This document shows positions 1-9,620 of a DNA stretch of 64,000 nt, in pieces. The stretch lies in assembly GCA_964359725.1 (NCBI GenBank), contig CAYHTT010000001.1, forward strand, positions 14,618-78,617, read 5' to 3'. Position numbers and translations under genes: made by a program. The stretch comes from Candidatus Woesearchaeota archaeon. Lineage in GTDB: Archaea > Nanobdellota > Nanobdellia > SCGC-AAA011-G17 > GW2011-AR20. A model generated the notes under the pieces. It had not been told where the DNA came from, searched no databases, and worked only from the letters and a program-made list of their open reading frames with translations. How positions within the stretch are numbered: the first letter of the stretch is position 1; every line of letters begins with the position of its first letter.

Positions 1-664
1 GATTAACCTCAACTAAATCATATTTTCTAATATTCTTAAGTAATTTAATTCTTTGTAATAAATAAATTAATTCTCTTGTACTAAGTCCTGCGGGCTCAAT
101 ATAACCTGTGCCTGGTGCAAAAGCTGGGTCTAAAACATCTATGTCTATTGAAATATACAAATCAGAGAAATTTCTTGCTAGTTCCATTATAGTATCACAA
201 TGATTTTGTAAATTATTAAATAATTGTCTTGTAGTAAAATATTTTATTTTATAATCTTTTATAAAACCAACTTCTTTAACATCGGGGTTCCTTATACCGA
301 TTAAAATTACGTTTTCTGGTTTAATTAATTTTTCTTCAATTAAAAAATATAACCAATCTTCATGCATTGGTGTATTAAAATGTTGATATAAATCTGGATG
401 TGCATCAAATATAATTATCCCTGGATTACTTTTATTAGATAAAAACTTTTTAAAAATATAATAACTTATACTATGATCTCCGCCAATAAAAATGTCTCCA
501 TCTTTTAATTCCTCTAAATTTGAATCAATAATTTCATATTTACTATCTTGAAAGTTTTCATTACTCCAAATATCATTTAGTTGTTTAATTATTTCATCAG
601 GTGCTTTTTCACAACCTTTATTTACGTCTGTTCCTTGTGAGTATGGTATTTTAACTAATTTCAT
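1..664 (-). CDS. Arginase/agmatinase-family ureohydrolase, 5'-complete but runs off the window start (C-terminus missing)
   Basis: Reverse-strand translation from the ATG at 662-664 reads MKLVKIPYSQGTDVNKG...GGDHSISYY...DAHPD...SIDIDVLDPAFAPGTG. GGDHS, DAHxD and DIDxxDP are the metal-binding signatures of the arginase/agmatinase family. The ORF is absent from the supplied track because it runs off the window. Confidence 0.6.
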   Translation of the reverse strand, partial: MKLVKIPYSQGTDVNKGCEKAPDEIIKQLNDIWSNENFQDSKYEIIDSNLEELKDGDIFIGGDHSISYYIFKKFLSNKSNPGIIIFDAHPDLYQHFNTPMHEDWLYFLIEEKLIKPENVILIGIRNPDVKEVGFIKDYKIKYFTTRQLFNNLQNHCDTIMELARNFSDLYISIDIDVLDPAFAPGTGYIEPAGLSTRELIYLLQRIKLLKNIRKYDLVEVN

Positions 665-694
665 AATTTAACAAGAATAAGTAATTTTATAAAT

Positions 695-1654
695 TTATTT
701 TTTGAATTTTTTCCTTATCGGTGTTAATATCTTAATTAAATATTCTGCACAAGAATTTTTTAAATCTTGCGGGTGTAATTTTTTATTAATAAATATTTTT
801 TCCAATTCATCATAATTATTAAAATCTGAATTACCACCAAATTTACTTGGTCTCTCTACAATAACCTTACTATTTCTCGGAAACACAATTAATTTCATTA
901 TTTGTAAAATTGGGTTATTTTCTGCAATACCCTCAGGGCAATAAGCATTATTAATTTTTTTATTTATACTTTCATTATTATCATTAATTGAAATCATGCT
1001 TTCTGGTTCTGAAGAACTCATCTTTCCAGGACCTTTTAAACTAGAAATTAAAGGTGTGTGTACAAAAACAGGAACTTTATAATTTATTAATGAAAGTAAC
1101 TCGATTCCCAAAGCGTGAATCTTACGTTGTTCTATACCTGCGTGTACTAAATCAATTTTTAAATGTTTTATATCTGCTATTTGCATTAAAGGATATATTA
1201 CTTGTGAAACTTTAGCATTTTCAAAGTCACGAGCTATTTCCTGCATACTTCTTAATGCTCTATTCATTGTTGTGTTTAATGCGAGAGTTAAAACATCGTC
1301 TATGTAATTAAGATTTCTTTGGAATTTACTTCCTAAAATAAATTCAGCTTTTAATCCAGCTGCTCTAAATCCATTTTCCCAAATTTTACATTGTTTATGT
1401 ATAAAATTCCAATCCCCTTTTCTGTTAAGCCAGGTATGCCAATCAGCTAATAATACTTTAACATGAAATCCTGCTCTCTGTAGGTCCATTAATTTTGTTA
1501 TTGTAACTAAATGGCCGAGGTGTAAGTCGCCGCTCGTTTCGTAGCCACAATAAGTTACTGGTTTTTTTAATTTAAGAATTTCTTTAATTCTATTTTCACC
1601 GATTATTTCAGCAGAATTTCTTTTTATTAATTCAAGCTTTTTATTTAAATCCAT
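695..1654 (-). CDS. tyrS: Tyrosyl-tRNA synthetase (archaeal type)
   Basis: 319 aa with class I HIGH motif (GDLHLGHLV) and a KMSSS variant of KMSKS (GKMSSSEPES). The size and the C-terminal AYCPxG region match archaeal TyrRS rather than TrpRS. Confidence 0.85.
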   Translation of the reverse strand: MDLNKKLELIKRNSAEIIGENRIKEILKLKKPVTYCGYETSGDLHLGHLVTITKLMDLQRAGFHVKVLLADWHTWLNRKGDWNFIHKQCKIWENGFRAAGLKAEFILGSKFQRNLNYIDDVLTLALNTTMNRALRSMQEIARDFENAKVSQVIYPLMQIADIKHLKIDLVHAGIEQRKIHALGIELLSLINYKVPVFVHTPLISSLKGPGKMSSSEPESMISINDNNESINKKINNAYCPEGIAENNPILQIMKLIVFPRNSKVIVERPSKFGGNSDFNNYDELEKIFINKKLHPQDLKNSCAEYLIKILTPIRKKFKK

Positions 1655-1696
1655 TAATCTAAAAAGTTATTTAAATAATATAAAGTTAACTATTTT

Positions 1697-2044
1697 ATGG
1701 ATGAAAAACAATTACTTAAAATTGCTTTATTTACTTCTTTAATCGGATTAATAATATTATTAATTATAGAACAAAAAATTGATTTAACTAATTCAAATAT
1801 TTCAAATATTACTCGTGATGATATAGATGACAAAGTAAAGATTAAAGGTGAAATTACAAGAATTACAGAAACACCAGGACTTTATATTATAGATGTTAAA
1901 GATTTTACAGGAGAAATCAAAGTTATTGTATTTAAAGATCAACCACTAGAATTAAAAAACGGTGATATTATTGAAGTAGAAGGAACTGTAGCGTTGTATA
2001 AAGATTTTGTTGAAATTATTGCTAAAAGAATTATTGTTTTATAA
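1697..2044 (+). CDS. Hypothetical membrane-anchored protein with a C-terminal OB-fold-like beta domain
   Basis: N-terminal hydrophobic helix (LFTSLIGLIILLII). The beta-rich C-terminus (KIKGEITRITETPGLYIIDVKDFTGEIKVIVF) resembles tRNA-anticodon/BOF-type OB folds. Confidence 0.35.
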   Translation: MDEKQLLKIALFTSLIGLIILLIIEQKIDLTNSNISNITRDDIDDKVKIKGEITRITETPGLYIIDVKDFTGEIKVIVFKDQPLELKNGDIIEVEGTVALYKDFVEIIAKRIIVL

Positions 2045-2103
2045 AAAAGTATCACCTCTTTTTTAGCATATCACCTAATCTTATGAACATAAAGATATTT
2101 ATA

Positions 2104-2676
2104 TTACTTTCGATAACCAAAACTTTTCCTTGTCATTTGATTCAAATGTTCGACTAAATCTTTTTCTGGTTTGTGTAAAGCTCGTTCATAAGCCCAGCGA
2201 AGAGCTCTACATGCAGCGTCATAGCCTGCTTGCGATATTTCATGATCTGCAGTAAACACAAAATGATCAGACATAGCAGAGGCAAATCCAAAATTAATCT
2301 CGTTTTGACCTTTCAATGGTTTATCTAATTCTACCCTCATGTAGCGGTTTGTTGCTTCAACAATTTTGCCTTCAAGAGGTATTCTATCTTCGTATTTAGT
2401 TCGTATTGGTATATGATTCTTTCTTATATTCTCTTCTATAGATTCGTATCTTCTCCATTTCTCTTTAGCTTCTTCAATCTTGTGTGAAGCATAATTCAAT
2501 ATAGCTTCTTCTCCTTGTTTAACTACCCCCCCTGGTATAGTTTCACTTACTCGATAAAAACTTTCATGATAAAGAGTTTTATCTTTGAGATCTGTGTAAA
2601 TAAATTTCACATTTCCAGAATCTAAAATAAACCTAAAGCCTTCTTTCATTAGTTCTTCTAATATTACTTTTGACAT
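2104..2676 (-). CDS. Hypothetical protein
   Basis: 190-aa ORF with coding-like composition, adjacent to the next ORF with a 1-nt gap. No recognisable motif. Confidence 0.4.
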   Translation of the reverse strand: MSKVILEELMKEGFRFILDSGNVKFIYTDLKDKTLYHESFYRVSETIPGGVVKQGEEAILNYASHKIEEAKEKWRRYESIEENIRKNHIPIRTKYEDRIPLEGKIVEATNRYMRVELDKPLKGQNEINFGFASAMSDHFVFTADHEISQAGYDAACRALRWAYERALHKPEKDLVEHLNQMTRKSFGYRK

Positions 2677-2677
2677 T

Positions 2678-3151
2678 TTAATCCTTAACTTTTATTCCTA
2701 GTAAATACCTTCCATCTAATTTTGGGTTATCTCTTCTTATATCTGAGATTAAACCTATGACTTCTTTGCCTTTTAATTCGTCAGTTAATTCTTTTTCAAG
2801 ACCCTTCCTTGATTTAGAAAATAAATTTGGATCCAAGTTATCTTCATTAAGTCTAAAATCTTTTAAAAATTTATATAAGCCAAATTCTTCTAAAAATTTA
2901 CTCCATTTCTCATATAAATCAAATTCAGGCCAACCTGATTCAGAATCGATTAATCTTAAATCTAAATTTAATGTAACAAATGAATTACAGGATACATTCC
3001 TATTTAATTTAAGATAAGCGGATTCTATTTTAAGTCTTGTTTTATGATACTCATCTTTACTTATCGGCTTAAGTGGTCCAAATCTTATATAGACTATTCC
3101 TTTTTCTCTTTCAATAAAATCCCAGGCAGAAATTAATTCTTGTTTTGTCAT
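2678..3151 (-). CDS. Hypothetical protein
   Basis: 157-aa ORF co-oriented and nearly abutting 2104..2676, consistent with an operon. No recognisable motif. Confidence 0.4.
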   Translation of the reverse strand: MTKQELISAWDFIEREKGIVYIRFGPLKPISKDEYHKTRLKIESAYLKLNRNVSCNSFVTLNLDLRLIDSESGWPEFDLYEKWSKFLEEFGLYKFLKDFRLNEDNLDPNLFSKSRKGLEKELTDELKGKEVIGLISDIRRDNPKLDGRYLLGIKVKD

Positions 3152-3254
3152 TTTATTTACCCCTTGTTATACTAAAATCCATCTACTATAAATAATTTTT
3201 TGACAATTTTATTCCTATAGGAATATTTATAAATACAAAAATTTACTTAAAATT

Positions 3255-3800
3255 ATGGTATTTGACATAACTCAGCTAAAGAAAATCCGTAAACAGCTAA
3301 ATTTAACACAGCATGAATTTGCTTTAAAAGCTGGAATAAGCCAAAGCATGGTTGCTAAAATAGAGGCTAATAAACTAGATCCAACTTATTCTAACGTAAA
3401 GAAAATAGAACAAGCTTTAGAATTATTAACTAAACATTATGAAAAAGAGGCTCAAGATATTATGATTAAAAATATTATTTCTGTAAGTAAAGATGAAAAA
3501 ATCTCTAGTATAATAAAATTAATGAATAAACATACAATATCACAATTGCCTGTATTGGATAATGATAAAGTAATAGGATTAATTTCAGAATCTTCAATTT
3601 TAAGTAAAAATTTAGAAGATATAAAAAACTTAACAGCCACGGATGTTATGGATGATATTCCTCCAATTATAGCTAAAAATACTAAAATAGAAGTTATAAA
3701 ACAGTTATTAAGATATTATCCTTTAGTATTAATTAAAGAAAAGGGTAAACTAATTGGATTAATAACTAAAGCAGATTTAATAAATAGTTTAGTTTCATAA
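3255..3800 (+). CDS. Transcriptional regulator, N-terminal XRE/Cro-C1 HTH plus CBS-domain pair
   Basis: LNLTQHEFALKAGISQSMVAKIE is a classic XRE HTH. It is followed by two CBS-like repeats (IISVSKDEKISS..., TATDVMDD...PLVLIKEKGKLIGLITKADL). Confidence 0.7.
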   Translation: MVFDITQLKKIRKQLNLTQHEFALKAGISQSMVAKIEANKLDPTYSNVKKIEQALELLTKHYEKEAQDIMIKNIISVSKDEKISSIIKLMNKHTISQLPVLDNDKVIGLISESSILSKNLEDIKNLTATDVMDDIPPIIAKNTKIEVIKQLLRYYPLVLIKEKGKLIGLITKADLINSLVS

Positions 3801-3860
3801 TAACCAAAACTTTAATATAATTTTAGTAATTTAATTATTTAACAAATTGGAGGTGTTAAA

Positions 3861-4463
3861 ATGTATACCCTACCAAATTTAGGATACGAATATAATGCAT
3901 TAGAGCCATATATAGATGAACAAACTATGAGGATTCATCATACAAAACATCATCAAGCTTACATAGATAAATTAAATGCTGCTTTAGAAAAATACCCAGA
4001 ATTGCAAAATAAATCAGCAGAAGAATTAATTAAAGATTTAAATAAAATTCCTGAAGACATTAGAACCGCTGTAAGAAATCATGGTGGTGGGCATGTAAAT
4101 CATTCTTTCTTTTGGCCATTATTAAAAAAGAACGTTAAATTTTCAGGAGAAGTAACAAAAACTATAACTAAACAATTTGGAAATTTTGAAAAATTCAAAG
4201 AAGAATTTAGTAATGCTGCTAATTTAAGATTTGGTTCTGGTTGGGCGTGGCTAGTAATAAATAATGGAAAACTAGAAATAATGAGTACTGCAAATCAAGA
4301 TAATCCGATAAGCGAGGGAAAAACTCCGATTTTATGTATAGATGTCTGGGAACATGCATACTATCTGAAGTACCAAAATAGAAGAGCTGAATATATATCG
4401 GCATTTTTTAATGTTATTAATTGGATTCAAGTTGATAAAAATTACAAAGAAGCAATGAAGTAA
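3861..4463 (+). CDS. sod: Fe/Mn superoxide dismutase
   Basis: LPxLxYxYxALEPxI N-terminus, HHxKHH, and the C-terminal DVWEHAYYL metal-ligand motif. A strong SD-like GGAGGTG lies 5 nt upstream. Confidence 0.85.
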   Translation: MYTLPNLGYEYNALEPYIDEQTMRIHHTKHHQAYIDKLNAALEKYPELQNKSAEELIKDLNKIPEDIRTAVRNHGGGHVNHSFFWPLLKKNVKFSGEVTKTITKQFGNFEKFKEEFSNAANLRFGSGWAWLVINNGKLEIMSTANQDNPISEGKTPILCIDVWEHAYYLKYQNRRAEYISAFFNVINWIQVDKNYKEAMK

Positions 4464-4464
4464 A

Positions 4465-5664
4465 TTGTTACTAGAAATATTAATAGCAATTTTAGTTGGA
4501 TGTTTTCTTGGAATTATAACAGGGCTTTTTCCAGGAATTCATATTAACTTAGTAGCTGTTATTATTTTATCTTTATCACCTTTCCTAGCACAATATGTTT
4601 CAATCTTAACTTTAGCTATAATAATTATTTCAATGTCAATAACTCATACGTTTTTAGATGCTATTCCAAGTATATTTCTTGGAGCACCTGATTCAGGATT
4701 AGAATTAAGTGTTTTACCAGGACATAGGCTATTACTTCAAGGCAGAGGTTATGAAGCTGTTTTCTTAACTGCTATAGGAAGTTTATTTGCTGTAATAATA
4801 ATGGTTGCTTTTGCACCATTTGGATTACCATTTATAAGTAAAATTTATCCTTTAATTCAAGATTTTATTCCTTATATTTTAATTTTCTTTTCAATTTTAC
4901 TAATTTATAAAGAAAGAAAATCTAGAATATTAGCTTTAATTGTTTATTTACTTGCGGGTGTCTTAGGGTTAATAACTTTAAATTTACCTTTATCTCAACC
5001 CCTATTTCCTTTACTTTCGGGATTATTTGGAACAAGCATATTAATAACAAGCATACTTACAAAAACAAAAATTCCGCGACAAAAAATTACAGAATCAAAA
5101 TTAAAGGAAAAAGAAATTGGTAAAGCGCTAAGCTCTGGTTTTTTTGCAAGTTTTCTTGTTGGATTATTACCTGGATTAGGATCAAGTCAAGCAGCTATTC
5201 TTGCTACAACAGCTCAGAAAAAAATTTCTCCTGAAAAATTTTTAGTTATTGTTGGTAGTATAAATACATTTGTAATGATTGTAAGTTTTTTGGCCATTTA
5301 TTCAATAGATAAAGCGAGATCGGGTTCTGTTGTAGTAATATCAAAATTATTAGAAAATATTACGTTAAATCATCTAATTTTATTTTTAGCGGTTTCATTA
5401 ATCGTTGCTGGTCTAGCAACATTATTAACATTAAAATTTGCGAAAATCTTCTCTAATATAATGAGCAGGGTTAATTACATAAAATTATGTTTATTTGTTA
5501 TTTTTTTAGTTACAATATTAGTAACAATAATAACTGGTTGGAATGGGTTAGTTGTTTTAATAGTTGCCACATCAATTGGCTTAATACCAAATTTACTTGG
5601 CTTACAGAAAAATCATTTAATGGGTTGTTTACTTTTACCAGTTATATTATTTTTTTTATTATAA
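4465..5664 (+). CDS. Polytopic membrane protein, TctA/DUF112-like
   Basis: 399 aa and almost entirely hydrophobic helices. The GLFPGIH...LGAPDSG...LPGH motifs resemble the tripartite tricarboxylate transporter TctA/DUF112 family. Confidence 0.45.
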   Translation: MLLEILIAILVGCFLGIITGLFPGIHINLVAVIILSLSPFLAQYVSILTLAIIIISMSITHTFLDAIPSIFLGAPDSGLELSVLPGHRLLLQGRGYEAVFLTAIGSLFAVIIMVAFAPFGLPFISKIYPLIQDFIPYILIFFSILLIYKERKSRILALIVYLLAGVLGLITLNLPLSQPLFPLLSGLFGTSILITSILTKTKIPRQKITESKLKEKEIGKALSSGFFASFLVGLLPGLGSSQAAILATTAQKKISPEKFLVIVGSINTFVMIVSFLAIYSIDKARSGSVVVISKLLENITLNHLILFLAVSLIVAGLATLLTLKFAKIFSNIMSRVNYIKLCLFVIFLVTILVTIITGWNGLVVLIVATSIGLIPNLLGLQKNHLMGCLLLPVILFFLL

Positions 5665-6075
5665 CTAGCCTTTAGTCTTAATTCCAAAAATAGAACTCAT
5701 CTCCAAAACAATAAAAACCAATACTGCTACAATAATCGCTTCTACATAAAGACTTGCTCCAATAGCTAGACCAACAGCTGCTACAACCCATAATGTTGCT
5801 GCTGTTGTCAATCCAATAATTCTTTCTCTTGCTCCTATAATTGCGCCAGCTCCCAAAAAACCTATGCCCGTAATTATACCTGCTGCTATCCTACTTGGAT
5901 CAGCATTTTGAAAAAATTGCGTAGAAACAACCGTAATTAACATAGCACCTAAAGCTACTAAAATATGTGTTCTAAAACCTGCTGGTCTATGTCTTATTTC
6001 ACGTTCATAACCAATAACTCCACCAAGTATTACTACAAGAATAACTTTTAATAAGAATTCAAAGTCAAAGGCCAT
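5665..6075 (-). CDS. MgtC/SapB-family membrane protein
   Basis: N-terminal GGVIGYEREIRHRPAGFRTHILVALGA matches the MgtC family signature (GxERExxxKxAGxRT). Confidence 0.6.
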   Translation of the reverse strand: MAFDFEFLLKVILVVILGGVIGYEREIRHRPAGFRTHILVALGAMLITVVSTQFFQNADPSRIAAGIITGIGFLGAGAIIGARERIIGLTTAATLWVVAAVGLAIGASLYVEAIIVAVLVFIVLEMSSIFGIKTKG

Positions 6076-6113
6076 AATTGTATTAATAAAAATTAGTTAA
6101 TAAACTTTTTTAT

Positions 6114-9100
6114 TTAAAACCATTTCCCTAAACCTTCTTGTTTCTCGTCATCTTTACCAAACATACTTTCTATCCTTTGTTTTGTTAATTCTAAACTTTG
6201 CCTTAAATAAGGTGGTAAATCAAATTTCTCTGCTAAATCTAATGTTGGTTGTAAATATTTAACAATAAAACCTTCTGCAACTGTAAATATTATCCTTCCT
6301 TTACATTTTAAGCATTCTCCGACTAATGGTGGTCTTCTGTATTTTTCGTTGCAATTAACACATCTAAATTGTTGTGTACTAAACTTTCTTAAATTTCCCC
6401 TTATATCTCGTATGAAATGTCTTTCAATTACTAATTTTGCTACATCTACTTCGTCCACTGCACGAATTTTTTCTGCTAACTCTATTTGTCCGAGAACTTT
6501 TTCTTGCATGCTTGGAATTAATTTATATGCAGAGCATCTTACTCCTGAATTAAAATCGCTTACATCATGAGTAAATTTAAAATCATAATATTGTTTTTCT
6601 GTCCCTAATCTATCTTTTAATTGTTCTATTTTAATTTCATTGGGCCATTTATATTGTAAAGCTGCTTCATAAAGCTCTAAAGGATACTTATCAACTAAAT
6701 CTAAATCAAAAACCATATCATCTACCTCACTTGGTATTAATACAGAAGTTAGAACTAAAGGTGCATCTTGTGTCGCTCCACGATGACTTGGTAAATACTT
6801 TCTAGAAAAATTAATTAATGCGTCTAGCAAGAGCATTATGCAATTTTCATCACCTTCGCAATCCCGACGCTGTGCAGCATGCCACATTGGATGAGCAAAG
6901 CATCCTTGTGTTTTACTAAATCCAATTATCCTGCCAACTATTGCTGCGGAAGTGTGTGGCGCTAAACCAATAACTAAATGCCCTATTAAATCTTCTTTTG
7001 TTTTTGCATTGTAATATGACCCGAGATTATAGAAATTTTGTAATAAATCGTCAATAAAATTAGTCATCCTTAATAAAACAATATCTGCTCCCTCATCTGG
7101 CGATTCTTTGCAAGCTGGCAAAATTACATCACTTGGCATAATTTCAACTAACTGATCTTCATCTAATAAAGGGTTGCCATAAATATCTTGATTATAACCG
7201 AGTTCTCTTAATCTAGTTAATGAAGTGCTGATTTCTTTTGGTTTAAATGCTGTAATCGGCATCTCTGTCATATCAAAACGAATCGTGCCATCTTTATTAA
7301 CATACAAATTATGTAATGCTCTTAAAATTCCTTTAGCTAAATTTTCTGGTGTATGATCTTCATTACTTGTGCCACGAACGCCTTTTATTAAATCTGGTGC
7401 TTGCTTCAATTTTAATTTTTTTAATGCATTTTCAAAGAAATGATTTATTGATAAACTTTTTAATCCATATGGTTTTAATTCGCCATGTTTTTTACAAATA
7501 TTTGTATCATACATTAAATCACAATTTATACAATAAAATTTATTTTTTGTTTTCTTATCACAAACTTCACATATTTTGTAAATAGTGTCAATATTGCAAT
7601 TCCCACAATAATAAATAGGAAATTCTGCTATAACTTTACCATGTTCTAATGCTGATTGGAAACTTCTTAATTTACCACCTTCATCTCCAACTGGAAATAA
7701 AACATGAGGACTTCCAGTTAATTTTCTTATCTTAGCTTTTTCAGGACGTCCCATTCTCGCTCCTATGAAAGTTCCAGACTTATCTCTAATAATTGCTTTA
7801 CATGTTGCGTTTAATATCTCAAGAACATTTTCTTTATCTAATTTTAAATCAAAATCATTCAATGTAAATAATAATGCTCTAGCATCATCTTCTTTTATAA
7901 TTACTTCATTGTTTTTAACATAATGTGGCAAGCCAATTAACTCTAGTACACGCTTAGTATCTACATCTTTCAAATCTAAATTAATTTCATAAACTAATGG
8001 TAATATTATTTCATTACCTTTAACTTTGCCTTTTTCCAACCAATTTAATAAACTCAAGAATTGATGTTTATTAATATCATTCCAATGATAGGTATAACGC
8101 GAATGTAACGGAACTTTATATAGTAAAGAAATTTCTTTTGCAATATCAAAATTAATTTTTGTAATTGGATTTTTAAATAAATTAATCAAAAAATCCTCTT
8201 CTATACCTAAATCTACTGCAATCTTACTTAAATCGAGTTTTCCATACTTATTAATAATAGCTTTTTCAAATTCTCTTAACCACCATTCCTCACAATATCC
8301 TGCAGGTACTAAAAAATGAGCCCTATTATAGAATTCACCATAATTAATTAAAATATCTCCTAAAAATAAAATTTCCTCTACTTCATCTTTTACTTGTTTG
8401 GCTTGTTCTTCTGTTTCTACAAAAATTACACTTTGATCTTTTAATTTGATAATAGGACCTTCAATAGTATCGCAAAGTGCAATTGCAGTAGATTTTCCAG
8501 GACGCTCATACCTTAATTGAGTTCCTGTTGCAATATAATTTTTTAATAAATGCATTGTTGCAGGATGTATGCTTAAGCTGCTTAATCCAGAAACTCTGCT
8601 TCTACCATATCTTAGTCTAAATCCGCCTACACGTAAAGGGTGTGTCAAAACAGGTCTTCCCGCAACTAAATCTTTGATATAAGTAAAATCTGGTTTTAAT
8701 TTCTGTTCTGTTTTAGTTTCCTCTTTAATTTCACGCGCTTTAATCTTTTTTTGTAATTTTAAAAAATCTCCCAAAAAAGTCCAATCTTCTAACTCATATT
8801 CCTTGTAAAATTTATTTATTCTTCCAAAAAATTTAGGTGCTTTTTGGCAAAGAGCTTCTCCCATGACTAAACAAAAACCATTTCTTAATCTATTAGTTTC
8901 TATTCTTGGAATATCTTTATAATTTGAAACGTCCCATTTCTCACTTGGATCACCATCAATCTGTAATGGTAAATTTCTCATCATAAATTCTATTTCTTCT
9001 TCACTCGGTAAATATTGTAAATTGGTAACTTTTTCATGATAATCATATAATTCAACAATTGCTCTTCTAACTTCGTCTTCTGTAGGATCGTATTTATAAT

Positions 9101-9620
9101 AACCAAATTTTTTTCTTATATAATCTGCTACTAAAATACTCCCGCATGTTATAGTTGTTCCCGCACTTCTTATTGGACCAGAGAACATTAAGCAGAAATA
9201 TTCTTTACCATCTTTTCTTTTTTTAATTTTTAATTCTGTAAATCCCTCTAATGGGCTAGAAACAACACCATTACTCAAGTAAGCTAATCCTACCCTTATT
9301 CCAACTTCCATTGCTTCTTTTGTATTAGTAAATTTACAAAATTTTTCTTGTGCAACCTCTAAGCTAACTATTAATGCTACTCTCCAATCTAATTTTCCAT
9401 ATTTTAACTCAAGTTCTTCTATCCTAGCTACAATACCAGAATTTTTAATTTGAGGAGCAACCACGCTTATTAATCCCTCTACTCTTTCAGCCATATTTTT
9501 TGTTAATAAAATTTCTACATGATCAATGGGGTCGTAACCTAATCTTTTAGCTTGATCGGCTATCTTATATGCCTCTTCAATTTTTTCGTTCAATTCTGAA
9601 TAATATTCATTAATTTTCAT
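6114..9620 (-). CDS. polD2: DNA polymerase II (PolD) large catalytic subunit DP2
   Basis: 1168 aa. It carries the N-terminal clamp region, a central double-psi beta-barrel region, and the C-terminal Zn-binding CVNCNEKYRRPPLVGECLKCKG typical of DP2. The reading frame is uninterrupted, so there is no intein. Confidence 0.85.
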   Translation of the reverse strand: MKINEYYSELNEKIEEAYKIADQAKRLGYDPIDHVEILLTKNMAERVEGLISVVAPQIKNSGIVARIEELELKYGKLDWRVALIVSLEVAQEKFCKFTNTKEAMEVGIRVGLAYLSNGVVSSPLEGFTELKIKKRKDGKEYFCLMFSGPIRSAGTTITCGSILVADYIRKKFGYYKYDPTEDEVRRAIVELYDYHEKVTNLQYLPSEEEIEFMMRNLPLQIDGDPSEKWDVSNYKDIPRIETNRLRNGFCLVMGEALCQKAPKFFGRINKFYKEYELEDWTFLGDFLKLQKKIKAREIKEETKTEQKLKPDFTYIKDLVAGRPVLTHPLRVGGFRLRYGRSRVSGLSSLSIHPATMHLLKNYIATGTQLRYERPGKSTAIALCDTIEGPIIKLKDQSVIFVETEEQAKQVKDEVEEILFLGDILINYGEFYNRAHFLVPAGYCEEWWLREFEKAIINKYGKLDLSKIAVDLGIEEDFLINLFKNPITKINFDIAKEISLLYKVPLHSRYTYHWNDINKHQFLSLLNWLEKGKVKGNEIILPLVYEINLDLKDVDTKRVLELIGLPHYVKNNEVIIKEDDARALLFTLNDFDLKLDKENVLEILNATCKAIIRDKSGTFIGARMGRPEKAKIRKLTGSPHVLFPVGDEGGKLRSFQSALEHGKVIAEFPIYYCGNCNIDTIYKICEVCDKKTKNKFYCINCDLMYDTNICKKHGELKPYGLKSLSINHFFENALKKLKLKQAPDLIKGVRGTSNEDHTPENLAKGILRALHNLYVNKDGTIRFDMTEMPITAFKPKEISTSLTRLRELGYNQDIYGNPLLDEDQLVEIMPSDVILPACKESPDEGADIVLLRMTNFIDDLLQNFYNLGSYYNAKTKEDLIGHLVIGLAPHTSAAIVGRIIGFSKTQGCFAHPMWHAAQRRDCEGDENCIMLLLDALINFSRKYLPSHRGATQDAPLVLTSVLIPSEVDDMVFDLDLVDKYPLELYEAALQYKWPNEIKIEQLKDRLGTEKQYYDFKFTHDVSDFNSGVRCSAYKLIPSMQEKVLGQIELAEKIRAVDEVDVAKLVIERHFIRDIRGNLRKFSTQQFRCVNCNEKYRRPPLVGECLKCKGRIIFTVAEGFIVKYLQPTLDLAEKFDLPPYLRQSLELTKQRIESMFGKDDEKQEGLGKWF

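Noticed and set aside
2757-3017. Short antisense ORFs embedded in larger genes (2757, 3452, 4219, 5487, 6349, 7349, 9768, 10563, 12288, 13708, 15020, 21297, 21685, 22988, 23259, 32404, 34701, 35538, 35880, 37231, 38368, 38912, 39806, 43606, 45102, 48971, 50693, 51854, 53692, 54422, 55864, 59883, 62626, 63385)
   Set aside because: Each is fully contained in, or overlaps, a longer ORF with clear homology on the other strand or frame. They are low-complexity (Ile/Phe/Leu/Ser/Asn-rich) as expected for a stop-poor AT-rich genome.
6114-9620. Inteins in DP2, PolB, MCM, RFC, Lon or Cdc48
   Set aside because: All these proteins have normal lengths (DP2 1168 aa, PolB 806 aa, MCM 674 aa, RfcS 314 aa). 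Their catalytic motifs are continuous, with no Cys/Ser...His-Asn insertion.
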